64,000 bases of DNA from Minutocellus sp. GHC0000111 (lineage: Eukaryota). The notes under the pieces were generated by a model. That model had not been told where the DNA came from. It saw only the letters and a program-made list of their open reading frames with translations, and did no database searches. The stretch spans positions 7,316,001-7,380,000 of the forward strand of contig OZ361256.1 in assembly GCA_977018835.1 (NCBI GenBank). Reading direction: 5' to 3'. This document shows positions 35,133 through 48,302 of the stretch, one piece after another. A program made the position numbers and the translations under genes. Positions within the stretch are counted from its first letter, which is position 1, and the number at the start of each line of letters is the position of its first letter.

Positions 35133-36541
35133 ATGCAGCCGCCCACCGCTCTGGCCTCGCAAAAAGCAAAACAGGCCACGGCACCGAATGCCTTGGATTC
35201 GGCCGCGCATGGGCGGTCCATCGTTCAGCTCGAGACCGTCATCAATCAAGCTCGGCTCGACATCCTGGAGGCCGTGACGACTCTGAGTGTCGAGAACAAG
35301 CTCTTTGCCTTGTTCGATGCACTGGATCGAAATGGCGAGGGGAAGATTCCCCTCGGAGACATTGACAGTGGCCTTCGACGAATTGGTGGCCACAGCTCTT
35401 TCACTACAAAGGTTGGACTTGCTGCCGATAAGCTCCCCGTCCTCGATGCGAACGGTAAGTGTTGGAGAGCTGGTCTGTGATCGATTGATTAGTGATATAA
35501 TGCAAATGCTGCATTATCATTTCTACTTTGGACTACGACTTTTTATGCCCCAAATGCAGAGTCATTAACCTCTCTCGTCTGTATAACATATGCATCTTGT
35601 TCTACATAGGTGATGGCCAAATGACAACTACCGAGTTTCAGAAATTCCTCAACGTGCTTTTGCCAGCTTCTGACTGCACCCTGGATGAATTTGTCGACCT
35701 AATGATCATCAATGCTCTGTTCAACGACGAGTGTTATGCCAACGAACCAGTCGACGAGAGGATGATTATGCTCTTCCTTCTATTCGATACAGAGGGTGCA
35801 AATGAAGTAGATTTCAAGAGGGTTGCCGTTTCACTGTCAGAGATGACGGGAGATATGGATGAAAATACCAAGACGGCTTGGTCGACGCTTCTAATGTACG
35901 CCGAAGAGAACGAGCGGCATCTGACGTATCCTGAATTTGCGAGACTTCTCATGAATGTTGCCGCAGCTGCCAATATGGAATTTGATCATATAGCTGATGC
36001 TCTAACTGTTGCCACTACCCGCCGTAAGGAGAAGGGAACAGAACTATCCTCCATCTTTCAGGAAGACCACCTTTCGAGAACAGTGAATGCCCCGAATCAA
36101 GGAGATCCCGCTGAAAACGGAGGCGACGGACTCAGCGACTTGCAACATGGTCGCCTCAACCGACTCTTCGACCTGTGGGATTTAGACCACAACCAACGGC
36201 TAGATGTCTCTGAGCTAGTTTTGGGCCTGAGGAAATTTCAGGACGCCAAGAATCTCGCAACAACCGTTGAGGAATCCATATCGACCATGCTTGCATTTGA
36301 TGCAAACAAAGACGGCGAATTAGATCGGGAGGAGTTCACCTTGTTTCTGAGTCGCTTTGCCAAGGCTGCCCACACCGAATTAGACGAATTGATTGACTTT
36401 ATGGTTGTCCAGTCTGCCTTGAAGGATAATGATGAGGCAGAAAAGGCATATGTGAAGACGCTTGGCGAAAAGGCCCAGGCTCAATTGATGAAACGTGGAG
36501 GCGGGAGCGGTGGCGGAAAGAAGTGGTTTGGCATGGGTTGA
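35133..36541 (+). CDS. Multi-EF-hand protein; intron 35455-35609; start uncertain
   Basis: DRNGEGKI, DANG|DGQM, DLDHNQRLDVSE, DANKDGELDREE. Confidence 0.85.
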
Positions 36542-36656
36542 TTTGTGATGGACTCCCCACGTAGTATTTTCACTCTTTTGCGATACATGTACCCTCCATT
36601 TTTAACATGTATTAATTTTCCATTTGTGCATAAAGAAATTTAACGAAGTCTAGTAG

Positions 36657-38378
36657 CTAGTCCTTATTCTTAGACTTCTTCTTCTTTGCTTTCTTTTGCT
36701 TCTTCTTTGCTTTCTTGATTATACTTCGAGCCTTCTCAAGCGCTTCAGCATCTAACTCGATTTCACGAAATTTTTCTCCAGAAATGCGTGATGTGAGTTC
36801 AATCTTTTGCTTCTTTTTCTTTGCCGGCGCTTCCTCGATGCTTTCATCCTCCTCCTCTCCCTGGGCAGATGAATCATCGTCTTCAGCACCCTGTTCCTCG
36901 TACGTTGCATCATTACCAGTCTCGAGCATATCATAATCATCATCATCCATGCCACCTTCTGCGGAGCCAGCACTCCAGACGGCCAGATTGGTAATGCGAG
37001 CACCACTGCCTATCCGCACGCTCTCCAAAAATTCAGCGGCAACATCTTCCTCTTCGTCCTCATCAGATACGTCATCATCTTCATCGCTGCTGCCTCCTCC
37101 TCCTCCTGTCGCTCGACCTCCTTCTTCATCATCTGATAAAATCATGCGAGCTGCACCTTCCAGATCAATGAGCGAAACAACACCGCCACTATTAGCCGTG
37201 ACGACCAAAAATCCACTGCCCCCCTCGACACTTTTAAGGCACTTGAAGCGTGCATCTCCTGCAACGGGTCCATCGACGGGTTCGATCGCCATGACAGCCC
37301 TTCGTGCCTCTGCCTCCTCCGTTTCATCCGACAGCGATCCCACCGCAAGGACGGGAAGACTTCCATCGTCACACGCGGCCGCCAGGAATAGGCCCTCCGG
37401 TCCACCAATAAAGGCAATCTGATTGGCCCGACTGGGGAGCATAACATCCAACAAATCCTCGCCGGTGTTGACATCTCGCGCCGTTATCTTGCCCCCATCG
37501 GTGGCGAAGGCATACCGCTGTCCATCGGCACTCCACGCCAGGTCGGTCAACGTTGCCTTGCGCTTGCCACGCGATCCTGGAGCCGGCGGCAGCTTGTGCA
37601 CAAAGGCCAGCCTACCCCTCATCAGATCCCACAGGATTATCTTCCCATCGCTCCTGCCACCGCTCAGCGCCATCTTGCCGGTGGGGTGGACGGCGAGGCA
37701 ATTGACCCCACCGTGCTCCCCATCGTGACCCGAAAGGACATGCTGGACGGACCAATCTCGCTTCTTGTACAGAACAATCTTACCCGAGGACATGCCCACC
37801 AGCGCATGGGTGGCAGGCGAGGGACTGGCCGGAGGCGGAGCAAACGACGAGCACGTTGGAGTTCCCAGATCGGCCGCCGAACGGAGCTCACCGGATTGGA
37901 CGTGACGGATGAGGTTGAAGATATGGATCGACTCGTCGTACCCACCCGAGAGGAGGGTGCCAGGAATCTGACTTGGCGTCGAAGCGGCTTCATCGTCGCT
38001 ATCAGAGTTGTCACCATTTCCTTCCTGATGCTTCTTGCGTTTCTTCTTATTCTTCTTTCGCTTCTTTTTCTCTGCCTCATTCTCTTTGCTGTTCTTCTGG
38101 GATGGCTTTGGCGCAGACGAAGCCGGTGCCGACGATATGGACAGGCATCGGACGCTGCCCTCGTGGACGGCCATGGCGAAGGACATCTTGAGGTAGGCGT
38201 CGGGATCGGCATTCTGGTTGATCCCCGCCATGATGGCATCGGCCGCATCGGTGGCGGTGTCACCACCATCGGCCGAGGAGGCGGCGTGGGTTTCGGTATC
38301 CCAACCCGCCAGGACTCCGTCGTACGTGCCGGCCACCACGACCAGCCGGCTGGGGAGACGACTTCCGCTGCCAAACAT
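36657..38378 (-). CDS. MAK11: WD40 protein MAK11/PAK1IP1-like (60S biogenesis)
   Basis: VVAGTYDG, HEGSVRCL, SGGYDESIHIF, LAVHPTGKMALSG, LWDLMRGR, RITNL; Lys-rich tail. Confidence 0.85.
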   Translation of the reverse strand: MFGSGSRLPSRLVVVAGTYDGVLAGWDTETHAASSADGGDTATDAADAIMAGINQNADPDAYLKMSFAMAVHEGSVRCLSISSAPASSAPKPSQKNSKENEAEKKKRKKNKKKRKKHQEGNGDNSDSDDEAASTPSQIPGTLLSGGYDESIHIFNLIRHVQSGELRSAADLGTPTCSSFAPPPASPSPATHALVGMSSGKIVLYKKRDWSVQHVLSGHDGEHGGVNCLAVHPTGKMALSGGRSDGKIILWDLMRGRLAFVHKLPPAPGSRGKRKATLTDLAWSADGQRYAFATDGGKITARDVNTGEDLLDVMLPSRANQIAFIGGPEGLFLAAACDDGSLPVLAVGSLSDETEEAEARRAVMAIEPVDGPVAGDARFKCLKSVEGGSGFLVVTANSGGVVSLIDLEGAARMILSDDEEGGRATGGGGGSSDEDDDVSDEDEEEDVAAEFLESVRIGSGARITNLAVWSAGSAEGGMDDDDYDMLETGNDATYEEQGAEDDDSSAQGEEEDESIEEAPAKKKKQKIELTSRISGEKFREIELDAEALEKARSIIKKAKKKQKKAKKKKSKNKD

Positions 38379-38903
38379 GATGCTATTGTGTGTGTATATC
38401 TATGGCAATAACGGGTGAGATTTGCCTTGCTATGCTGCTGTTGAGATCCAATAATGATGATGGAAATGCAGCAGTCGATCGGATGGCGCCAACACAAATA
38501 CGAGGCAAGAATTTGGACGGCTTAGACGGCTTTGACGAGACGAGAAACGAGTGCAAGACCTTTCGTCCGTTTTTTCGTGCCACGTCACACAGAAAACAGC
38601 AAGCAAAAGCTCCATCCAAGAATTCGGAGGGAACATCCAATGATGGGCCGGGGGTTGCAGCGAAGTGCAGTATTCATCCGCAGCTACGCAGCTCCTGCCA
38701 TCCTCTACCCGCTCGATCCCTGCCAGTGTATCCTTGAGGGTGTTTGATCTATTTGCTCTTTTATTTTACGCTCGCTCGAAAAGACACACGAAAAAGGTTG
38801 CAGGCAATAACTCCAACAAGGTGCACCAAGCAAGTAAATTAAAAAAACGGTGCATGCATGCCGGTAGCTATGCCGGTGCGGTGTTGGCAATAACAAGACA
38901 ATA

Positions 38904-40832
38904 ATGAACACCCATGGCTCGGGCGGGTCTCTCCCGCCTCGGCCGAGGCTGAGGACATCCCGCAGCCTGCCCGTGGTGGGCAGCAATTCGAGGTCGGAAC
39001 CGGAGCACGACGATGTACGTGGACCGGCGGCAGCACCACGAGCACCAGCACCACCCGCGGAAGCACAGGCTCCAATGATGGTCACGCCGAGCTCATCGCC
39101 GGCAGCCGCCGCTACTAGCACTACTGCAGCTGGTGGGCCCATGGGCCTGCCGTACGAAGACAGCCTGTCGCCGTCCACCTCGCTCACCAGCATAACCAGC
39201 TACGAGGGTGGCGCCGAATGCGACCACGAGGAGGAGGACGACGACGAGGGCGACGTTTCCTCCTGTTGGACTCCCGATACCGAGGCACCGACCGAGGCGG
39301 ACACGACCTTCACCGAGAGGAGAGGGAGTGACGGCGAAGATGACGGCGAGGAGGAGGATTATCGGATACGGCCGTATGGCGAAGACGAGGAGTCGGAGGC
39401 GTTGGCCCCTGGGGTGCCGTCGCACTTTGCCCCGTCGCGGTCGCATCAGCAGCAGAAACACAAACACCACCCCCAGAAGCAGCAACGGAGCAGGAACCAT
39501 GATCTGGAAAACGTGAAGCGAGGCGATGATACAACCACAAATAAGGCAGCAAAGCTCACCCGGCGAATATCGAGCGATACATTTGACAGCACGGCCATCG
39601 GCGAGGGTGCCAAGAAGATTACCCGCAGAGGAGGGGGCAGAAGGGGCAGAGGAGGGGGGATGGGCGCCCTGCTCACATCGACGGGGACGGCATCGGCTGC
39701 GGCCGCCCGGTCGATTACGACGAATCAGTTCTTGCAGTTGGTCAAGGTGATTCTGTTCGCAATCTGGGTACTGCTATCGATGGCGACCGTCGTTCACTTG
39801 CACTGGTTCCAAGGTGCTGCTCCTGATCATCATCCCCTGGCACCGATTGCTGGCATTGATGGTCCAATTACCACGACGATATCTGGGACCAAGGGACAAT
39901 TGCGGGGGAGCGGAGCCGGAACTTCGGAAGGAGTTGACGAAAATTCGCCTTCGATGCCATTGATCCCACCCATCCTGTACCGACCTGCGGCACCAAGGAC
40001 GCATATTCCACTACCGTTGCCGCCGACCAAGGCCTCGGTGGTACTGATGAACTTTTCTCGACCTCGGATGATTCAGGAGAGCACCCTCATGCGAATGTTG
40101 CTGTCACACCCCAATATTGCTGAAGTCATCCTTTTGCATTCCAACCCCAAGACGGCATTCCACTTTGTCCATCCCAAGGTGATCAATGTGGACAGCACCC
40201 GTCAGAACGATGAAATGGGCCTGAGCTTGCGATTCTACTTTTGTCAGCTGGCGAAGAATCCCTGGGTGATACATGTCGACGATGACATGGAGTTTTCCGT
40301 GGGAACATTGAGCGAGTTATTCATTGAATTTGCTCGCAACCCCAAACGCATCGTTGGTAGATTCGGCAGAGACACCGTCGGTGATGAAAATTCCAACAGT
40401 TTCAATGGGTACTCAAGCCGCAGCTCTCACAAGCAGACCGAGGTTGTACTGACGAAGCTAATGATGATGGAACGCAACACGTGCGGTGCATTCTTTGAAC
40501 ATGCTCATCTGATATGGGAAGACACCGTCCTCAACAATGGTGAGGGTCCATTGTGGAATGGAGAGGACATCTTCATGAGTCTCGTTGCCAATCATGTTTA
40601 TGGTCACGATGGGATGCAAGCCAACTACGCCATGGACTGGCTCAGTGTAGACAACGCCCCGGACAATCTCAAAGATTATACGGATGGAAAGTATGATATA
40701 TCTGGCGGCATGACAGGCTATCGCCTTTGGGACTGGCATTGGTGGCAAAGTCTACTGAGACGGAACCGGCACTATGCCTACCGGGGCAAGTTGTGGCAGA
40801 CTGCGAGGAGACGGCTTGCCGACTTGTTATGA
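38904..40832 (+). CDS. Glycosyltransferase family 64 (EXTL2-like), type II membrane protein
   Basis: TM helix then LSLRFYF, IHVDDD, PKRIVG.FGR, VVLTK, NGEDIFMS. Confidence 0.8.
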   Translation: MNTHGSGGSLPPRPRLRTSRSLPVVGSNSRSEPEHDDVRGPAAAPRAPAPPAEAQAPMMVTPSSSPAAAATSTTAAGGPMGLPYEDSLSPSTSLTSITSYEGGAECDHEEEDDDEGDVSSCWTPDTEAPTEADTTFTERRGSDGEDDGEEEDYRIRPYGEDEESEALAPGVPSHFAPSRSHQQQKHKHHPQKQQRSRNHDLENVKRGDDTTTNKAAKLTRRISSDTFDSTAIGEGAKKITRRGGGRRGRGGGMGALLTSTGTASAAAARSITTNQFLQLVKVILFAIWVLLSMATVVHLHWFQGAAPDHHPLAPIAGIDGPITTTISGTKGQLRGSGAGTSEGVDENSPSMPLIPPILYRPAAPRTHIPLPLPPTKASVVLMNFSRPRMIQESTLMRMLLSHPNIAEVILLHSNPKTAFHFVHPKVINVDSTRQNDEMGLSLRFYFCQLAKNPWVIHVDDDMEFSVGTLSELFIEFARNPKRIVGRFGRDTVGDENSNSFNGYSSRSSHKQTEVVLTKLMMMERNTCGAFFEHAHLIWEDTVLNNGEGPLWNGEDIFMSLVANHVYGHDGMQANYAMDWLSVDNAPDNLKDYTDGKYDISGGMTGYRLWDWHWWQSLLRRNRHYAYRGKLWQTARRRLADLL

Positions 40833-40898
40833 ATTTATTTTATGCTGTTTGTAGCTATGCGTATGTGCTAAATGTAATTCGTAAATCTTATTCTTTTA

Positions 40899-41773
40899 TC
40901 AACGTAGACAAAACAGCCTTTGTGATTGGTGAGAACTCGCTCTAGCCACTTCTTCCCCTTGAATGCTGCTACTACATGTAGATCTACTGCATGTAGGCCG
41001 AGGAACTATCTTTTCTCTCCGCTTGTCTCTCTCTTTCCGAGCACTCGCCGCCATTTCCTTCCACAAATCAGTATCGTGATCAAGCGATTTCTTCAACCGG
41101 CGCGGAATTTGATCCTCATCACTCTTCTTACCACCACCATGACCCTTGTTACCCCACATCTTTGGTGTGGAAAACAAGTGGTCCTCTCCACCAAGTCTCA
41201 ACGGCTCGTTCCAAACGTTGGAAATTGAATTGTATTGCTCCACATTGTTGTGCGTGTCGTCGTCGCTCCGCAAAATAGCCTCTAGCTTTCCAGCCTGCCT
41301 TGAGACTCTATCAGTGCATTGAATGCGCAAATTAAAGGCCCCATCTGGGCCATATCGTGCCGCCTGAGCAGAGGGATTGCCAGATGCAGTAGTGGCATTG
41401 ATGTATCCAACGTGCCAAGGTCGAGATTGAACACATTCAGCCTTGGCAGGGTCAACAAACTTATTTGCTTGAGCCCAAGGACGTGGTTTCGCAAGCTCAT
41501 TTTGCCTGCTCTCTTCATGGGTTCCCGAATGATTTAGGTCTTTGTTTGTGCTAGATTTGAAGGAGAGCCGTCTGTGCCACAGATAGGGATGGTGTCAGTG
41601 CACGAAGGTGACTTACCGGTGGTACATGTATTCTGTTTCTTCTTCTTTTGTACGGACCCAGCTTTCACTCTTCTTGCATTGCTACCATACAAACGTGAGC
41701 GCCTGCGCTCTTCTTCAAGCCTTTGTTTTGCTATACTAGTGGTACTACTTGTATCATCGTCTGCGTTCCTCAT
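40899..41773 (-). pseudogene. Disrupted hypothetical gene
   Basis: ORFs 41773-41534 and 41518-41282 share a frame separated by one TAA; probable frameshift into 41330-40899. Confidence 0.45.
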
Positions 41774-42140
41774 CTTGGTCTGTAGCTATTACTATAATAG
41801 ATAGATCTCCCAGTCCTGTTAATTGATGATTCGATTCATTCCATTCGAGATTCGATTCGATTGATTCTCTGCTCTGCTGAAAAAGCTCGCTTTCGTATTC
41901 GTCATCATGACGTGTAATCACACTGGCCAGAAAAATGGCGGGCGGCGATGCACCACGTCGTCATATAAAAAGCGCAATCCGATACTACTGCATGGTACGT
42001 AGAAGAATCCTCTCCGTATAACATCGCTGCAGCCAGCCGACTCACAGAGCGTTTCATCGTCACGCTCGCTCGATAGTATTGTGACTCCAGATAGAATCGG
42101 CAGAGAAATATTGTATTGATAAAGAAAGAAGCACATCATC

Positions 42141-44491
42141 ATGTGTTCTCCAGAATTATTCTTCGGAGAAGCATCTGTATCGGCACGAACAAACCGGAAG
42201 CGGAAGTTGGTCCAAGGAAATGCCGAAGGTCGAGCGAGTATCGCCTCCGAAGACGACAAGGGCAAGAGAAACCGCCTTTTTGTCGTTGGAACTTTCTTCT
42301 CCTCTCTCCTTTTGTTGATCTTTGCTACTGCGTATGAGATGGTGTGTCGGCCCCTCCTCCGACCGCTCATCGGAAAGTTACTAGAAAATCTTGCAATGGA
42401 TGCGGCAGACGGGAAAACTCCACTGTTCGTACTGGTATCCGAGCTTGTAATTCTCCTTCCTCTCCTTCTGTCGCTGTTGCCGATAACGCAGTGGTGGAGG
42501 AAAACGTTTGTCGCTGACGCCAAGAAAGATGACGAAAACAACAAAGAGGGTATCAAAGTTGGTGCCCTTCTCTTCATCATCGCTTGGTCACTTTGGATCG
42601 TCGCCCTCGTCTCTCTTGTAGTGGGAATCGTCCTTGGTCCTGGACGGGTTGGCGTTATTTCCATATCAGCTCTGTTGGCATTTTTCGCTCAATCTGTCGC
42701 GAATGTTGGATGTTTGCTGCTCAACGCCTCTTCAATAGAAGACGACGAAATGCGCCGTGAGGCCCAGTCTATTGGTGAGACGCTGAATATTGAATCCATG
42801 AAAGCATCGGAATGGCTTCGCTTGCAGAAAGATACTACTGGTTCGTCAGCATCATCGAGACATGAGAACAACCATTCATCAGCTCCGAAAAGGTCCTCAA
42901 CTCTGGTAGACTGGTTTATGAAGGGGAAGAATAGAGAATTTCTCCTTTTCTTTGCGATGAAGATCTTCCTTCTGCAGTCGCCTTATGCATTTCAATATGG
43001 ACTCCATCTACTTCATGCGTGTGCCAATTGTGTTGGGCTGGGATTTCATGAAGAGATTCAGCAATCACCCGGTGAGAAGGGCCTAATTGTTCCGAAGGAA
43101 TTCACTGGCTTGGTTACTTTTTTGCTGCACGCTACTCGTCCCGCTATTTAGCCATGGTGTCGGCGGTGTACTTTTTCATAACGAGCAATGGACCTTCCAT
43201 CACCCGCTCGGTGGCGGAAGGTCACACGTGCGGTTCCAGGCGACGGGATGGTCACTCATTGGCGTGGCGGGGCTGCTTCACCTTGCGTTTTTGATGATTG
43301 GGTCAGGCCAGGAGCATTTATTTCTCCTTCATTCGGGCAGCGCCATCTCCACCATAGCCGAGGTTTTACTTCTATACTCCTTGATGAATTTTCTCCCGGA
43401 CCAAACTGCGAGTAAAAGCAAATCGAGCGATTCTGATCTACAAGTAGGCACAAAGTCACAAATCGCCGGGCTGAAAATAACGTGGACGACCAGAGAGGTC
43501 TGCTGGCTTCTCCTGAGTTATATTCAAGACTTGTTGGTCACAAATTTGCACTGGGTTTCTCCGATTTGGCTTGTTTTGGCAATGTTGGGCATCGATACAT
43601 TTCATCCATTCGAGGCCTCTACAATTTGGGGCACAGTTGCAAATGTGGCCTTTGTTGCTTCCGTTTGCGCCATGCCGACGCTTCTCATTCCGTATTCGCC
43701 CAGAAGAAAAGAGTGGCGATGGAATTTTTTTGGTCTCATCAATGAAGTATTCATCAACTTCATGTTTCACAAGGAAGGTTTATTCAAGGGAACGGAGCTG
43801 CGCTTTGAAGAAGAAACTGTTGATGCGTACAGGGGAGAAAAAGGAATCATGTTCGCAATAACGCCCCAGGATCCTGCCGACGTCTGTTCTTGCCTTGTGG
43901 CACCAATTTCAGGATATTTTCCGAGACGTTTGTGTCTTCTTTGGATCACAGGTGTCTTTAGTTCCAAACTATAGATTTTTATTAGGGATGCAAGGTGGCT
44001 ACCTACCCGTTGAGAAGAGTCGACTCGTTGAAGTTATGCAAACAAATCAAAATGTTGCGCTTGTCCCTGGAGGTGTATCGGAAATGCTCTCATGCATTCC
44101 TCACGATCCAACCATTAATGTGAGTGTCAAACACAAAGGATTCATTCGATTGGCTCTGCAGCAGGGTTACGATCTCGTTCCCACTGTCTTTTTCCACAGC
44201 AGCGACCAATACAATAACCCAGGAAGGTTACTTCAATTATGGACGTATCGGAAGACGGGGATTCCCGTTGGCATTCCGATTTACTGCAATTGTTTGTTCC
44301 TACCATTCAGCAACCGCACCCCAATCAAAGTGGCACTCGGGAAAAGAATTGTCATTAAAAAGAGGGTTAAACCAACGGAAGCTGAAGTAAATGAATTACA
44401 CTACAAATTTTATGCGGAGGCATTCAGAGTTTGGGACAAGTACGCCGATGAATGTTCATATGGCGATCGAGAGCTCGCCTATGTACATTAG
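42141..44491 (+). pseudogene. DGAT2/MGAT-family acyltransferase with long multi-TM N-terminus, two frameshifts
   Basis: ALVPGGVSEM, KHKGFIRLALQQGYDLVP, PIKVALGK, VNELH; PHG motif broken at 43867-43870; frame change near 43120. Confidence 0.82.
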
Positions 44492-44725
44492 CCTCGATGA
44501 TTTTACCAATAAATTACCGGTAGCATGGCCAGCGCTTAAAAGAGCGGAGCAGATGGTATCTCGCCCATCATGTTTGTCGACGATTCATAGTAAAAGAATA
44601 GAACAGAAAAGTACGTACTTGACAGTACTAGATAGTCTAGAGTAGGTAATCCATCTCTTATTATTTTACCAGTCAGCTAACCAGCTACGTAATACTACTA
44701 CTACGTAAATCGAGAGTGCGATAGT

Positions 44726-47700
44726 CTAAATGAGGCCGTCAACCTCGTCAGATGGATCCCCTAGGAGGCCTACATTGTTCGGAGTTGTGTTAGTACCAGC
44801 GTCCCTGATTTCAGTAGTAGTGACTGTAGGAGCGGCCGCATCTGCTGCAGCAGCAACTGCAGCTCCCATAGCAGCGGCATTGTGCGAGGAAGTCTCTGAT
44901 GCAATCGATACCTCAGCATCGGAAACATTGTCTTCGATCCGAGTCGAAACATGGTTAGCTTCGGCCTGTTGCTCCTTCAAGCGTTTCTGCTCTTCAATGA
45001 ACGCAAGAGGACGTCCAGCCTGGGCTGCACTGACCTCGGCATCCATCGAAGCCCATTCCCTCTCTTTTTGATCAATGAGAACTTCTCCCCGGAAAAAGTC
45101 AGAATCATCAGGACGAAACCGAATTTTGACTTTTCTAGGATCACTCTGGTTGGATTCTTTTGTTTTTGCTCCATCGCTCGTAAATCGATAAAAAATACTT
45201 TCAATTATACCGCCCCCCTCTTTGCATACCTTGGCCAACGTTGTTCTATTGATTTTGGACATGCGTGCTGCGTCACTGACACTAGGAAAGAGCCGCAACC
45301 TAGCCATGGTGGCAGGATCGATCGCCTCAATCTCTTTTCGTTTGTTCGCCCCCGAAATAGCACAATTGCGGACCGGAGGTACCGGAAATCGCCCTGGCAG
45401 TCTCGTACTCGTAGACGGATTCAATGCTACTGGAGTACTCAGACCAGCAGTTCTTTTCTGCCCACTAGTACGAGAAGTAGGAAAACAAGACATCCGAGGG
45501 AAGTCCGAGGGCATAGACTCGTCCTCCTGGACATCAGAGTTCTCAGGTGCGCTATTGTCGTCATCTTCCTCCTGATCCCTTCTGCTGTTGTCGCTATCTG
45601 TCATCGCCGAAGAGTCACAGCGTCGTAGATGATTCTTCAATCCGCTTTCTTTCCTAAAGCTCTTGGAACAGTGTGGGCAGGAAAATCCTGGATTACAGGC
45701 TGGGCAAATCCATTCGTCTTCTACACCATCATTCTCTTCTAGTGAGAGGCAAGACGCATGATAACTCTTCGGACATTCACTACAAAGCAATAAATTGCTG
45801 CCTCCAGAATCTTCACATATTGCACAGGATTCACTCAAGCGCTCTTCTACTGCTTTGTATTCTTTGTGTAGCGGGGAGAAACGATACTTGCTGTCATAAA
45901 ACCAAAGACAAGAATCGTACCTCTTTCCGAGGATAATGGCAGCTTTGCGAAGGTTGCCACGGGCCTTGAGCAGAGCATCATGAAATGCTTCCTTATCTCT
46001 CTCGAAATCCCATTGGCGGCACGGCCGATAGCAATGATAATAATACCAAAGACACTTGATCAGATTTAGACCTAAAGCATCGGCAACTTTCTTCAGATCA
46101 TGGTTGCTTGCTTTCAGCCTTGCTTCAAATTCCTTCTCATTCACACCAATTCGCCAGCTTTCGTCCGGTGGGACGGGCATAGTAATAACAGCTCGGGCAG
46201 CAATGTCGTTGTAATCAAAGCTGAAGAAGACCTCCATCGCAGCCTCTAAATCATACTCAGCTCGATTTTGGGTCGCTAATTTCTCGAGGAAGTCATTTGT
46301 GGCGATATTTACAAATTTTGGACTCCACGAGATACGTGGCCTGATAATTGGTAGTTAATTATCAAAACGTGTGATAGTCAGATGAAAACTGAAACGGCAA
46401 TGCATATATATACAGGCGAGCGTCAACACAAAAAAGAAATCCCCCTTACCTCTCTCTACGAAAATGCCTTCTGTTCTCAAAGAGATATTCTTCCCGTCCA
46501 CGGAGCCTCGGAAGGTTGGGGACCTGATGATCCGGACCGATTGGAGTGTCATGCTGCTTGCTGGAGAGGTAGTGCATGTCTCGCGCAATCTGCTCTAATC
46601 TTTCGGCTGTTTGCTTGCGTGCAACAATATCAATCTCAAACGCAGCATAGAGTTCTTTGTATTCCTCGGCGTCTGCACAAAATGACATGACTTCCTGATA
46701 GGATGTACAATAGCCCAATCCCAAGCGCCCGGCAGAATCACTCAAAGAGTATCGATTTCCAGGAGGGATGAATTGCGTCGACCCTGTGCCCGTCTCAAGA
46801 ACGTCCACCCTCTTCCACCCATCTGCTTTGAGAGCCGGCCATAAAGTGCCGTTAAAGGCTTCAACAACAAACGGACGGGTGTTTTCAGTCGGTAAGCCAT
46901 CACACAATCGATCGGCGTTGGCTCGTGCGTAATGAATAGGGGCGGACGGCGGCTGATAACCCCCAGGCGCGACCACCGTCACAAACGGACTGCGCTGGAC
47001 AAAGTCTGGGCAAACAATCTGGCTCGTGAACTCATTTCCAGGAAAAACAATGTCGATGATATCGCCTGGTCTGGCTTCTTTCGGAACCTGAATCACGCAA
47101 TATTTTGGCGGTAACTTTTGCGCAATTGGGCTTTGAGATCTCGAGGGCGGTCGAGCAGATGGCGAAGATGCGTTAGAGCCCTGCTTCTTCTTACTGGCAG
47201 GCTTGGCGTTTGAACGAGCGGGCTTTGGTTTCTCAACTTTTTTCTTCTTCTGTTTTGGGGGTGCGGGTGCCTTTTCCACCTTATCCATCCGAAAATAACG
47301 TTGTTGGGCCCCTCTGGATTTCTTAGGGTCGTCACGTTTCCTCTCCTTTCGGTAGAGTTTCCCCGCCTCCTCTAAATCCCTGGGATCATAGTCTTCCTCG
47401 TCATTATCATCATAGACGACGTGCCAAAACTGCGTCTTTTCATTGTACTGGGTGATACTGCCAAAGTACACTTCACCGTCGAAGAGCTTAGCAATACGAG
47501 TCCCAATGTATTTGTTAGCCTCCGAAGGATCAACAAAATTTGGTGCATCATTTTGTGCGCGTTTCTTGCCCTTGTCAGATACGCCGCCACCAGCTGTACT
47601 TGGTACTGAGCTGACGCCCCAATTTGACACTGCTACACACTCCATACATTTGAAGTTGCCCTCGGGAACTTCCTTCAATGGTGGTCTATGGCACTGGAGA

Positions 47701-48215
47701 TGATACGATCGGTTGCAGTAATCGCAGAGAATGATCTCGCCGCCATCGAAACATATGAAACACTCTTCTGGATCAAAATCATCCCAAGCTGCATCTCCTT
47801 GCGTCGCTTCACCGCTCGGTCCATTCGGAGTACTTGTTGTGGTTGTGTGCTCTTTTCCCTTGTCTTTATCAATATCCATATCGTCACCACTTCGCTGTTT
47901 CACACTGCTTCCATTGCTGCCCCTACTGTCGCCGCCGCCTCCATCGGCCGACATGCGATGTTCACCACCATCATCAATTTCTTGGCCACCGATTTTGACT
48001 CCTTCGCCCGCATGATTTGAACTGGACGATTCTGCAGAGGTACTCTTGGGGTCTTTGACCATTACTACATCGAACGCCTTCGTTCCAATACGACAACCAC
48101 TATCAGGCTTTTCCTGCGCCGCTGCACTCCCGCTCGAGTGCGTACTCGATGCGTCGGGAATTTTGGCGCCTCTTGGCGAAGCGTCCGCGCCTTCCTCTGG
48201 CGGAACATCCGCCAT
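44726..48215 (-). CDS. Chromatin protein: PHD + Tudor-like + ELM2/SANT + PHD + C2H2; intron approx. 46341-46449
   Basis: CFICFDGGEIILCDYCNRSYHLQC; IAKLFDGEVYFG..VVYDDNDEED; IGPDHQVP; CAICEDSGG..CSECPKSYHASC; CPHCSKSFRKESGLKNHLRRC. Confidence 0.85.
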
Positions 48216-48302
48216 CTTAGCAACTACTCTATCTATCAAACAGTGCTTGAAAGGATGTAAAAAGCAGGGCTCCCACGCCCACCTACCTGAGCTCGTGAAA
48301 TA

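Noticed and set aside
41828..41868. (GATTC)n degenerate microsatellite as a functional element
   Set aside because: Short simple repeat with no supporting evidence.
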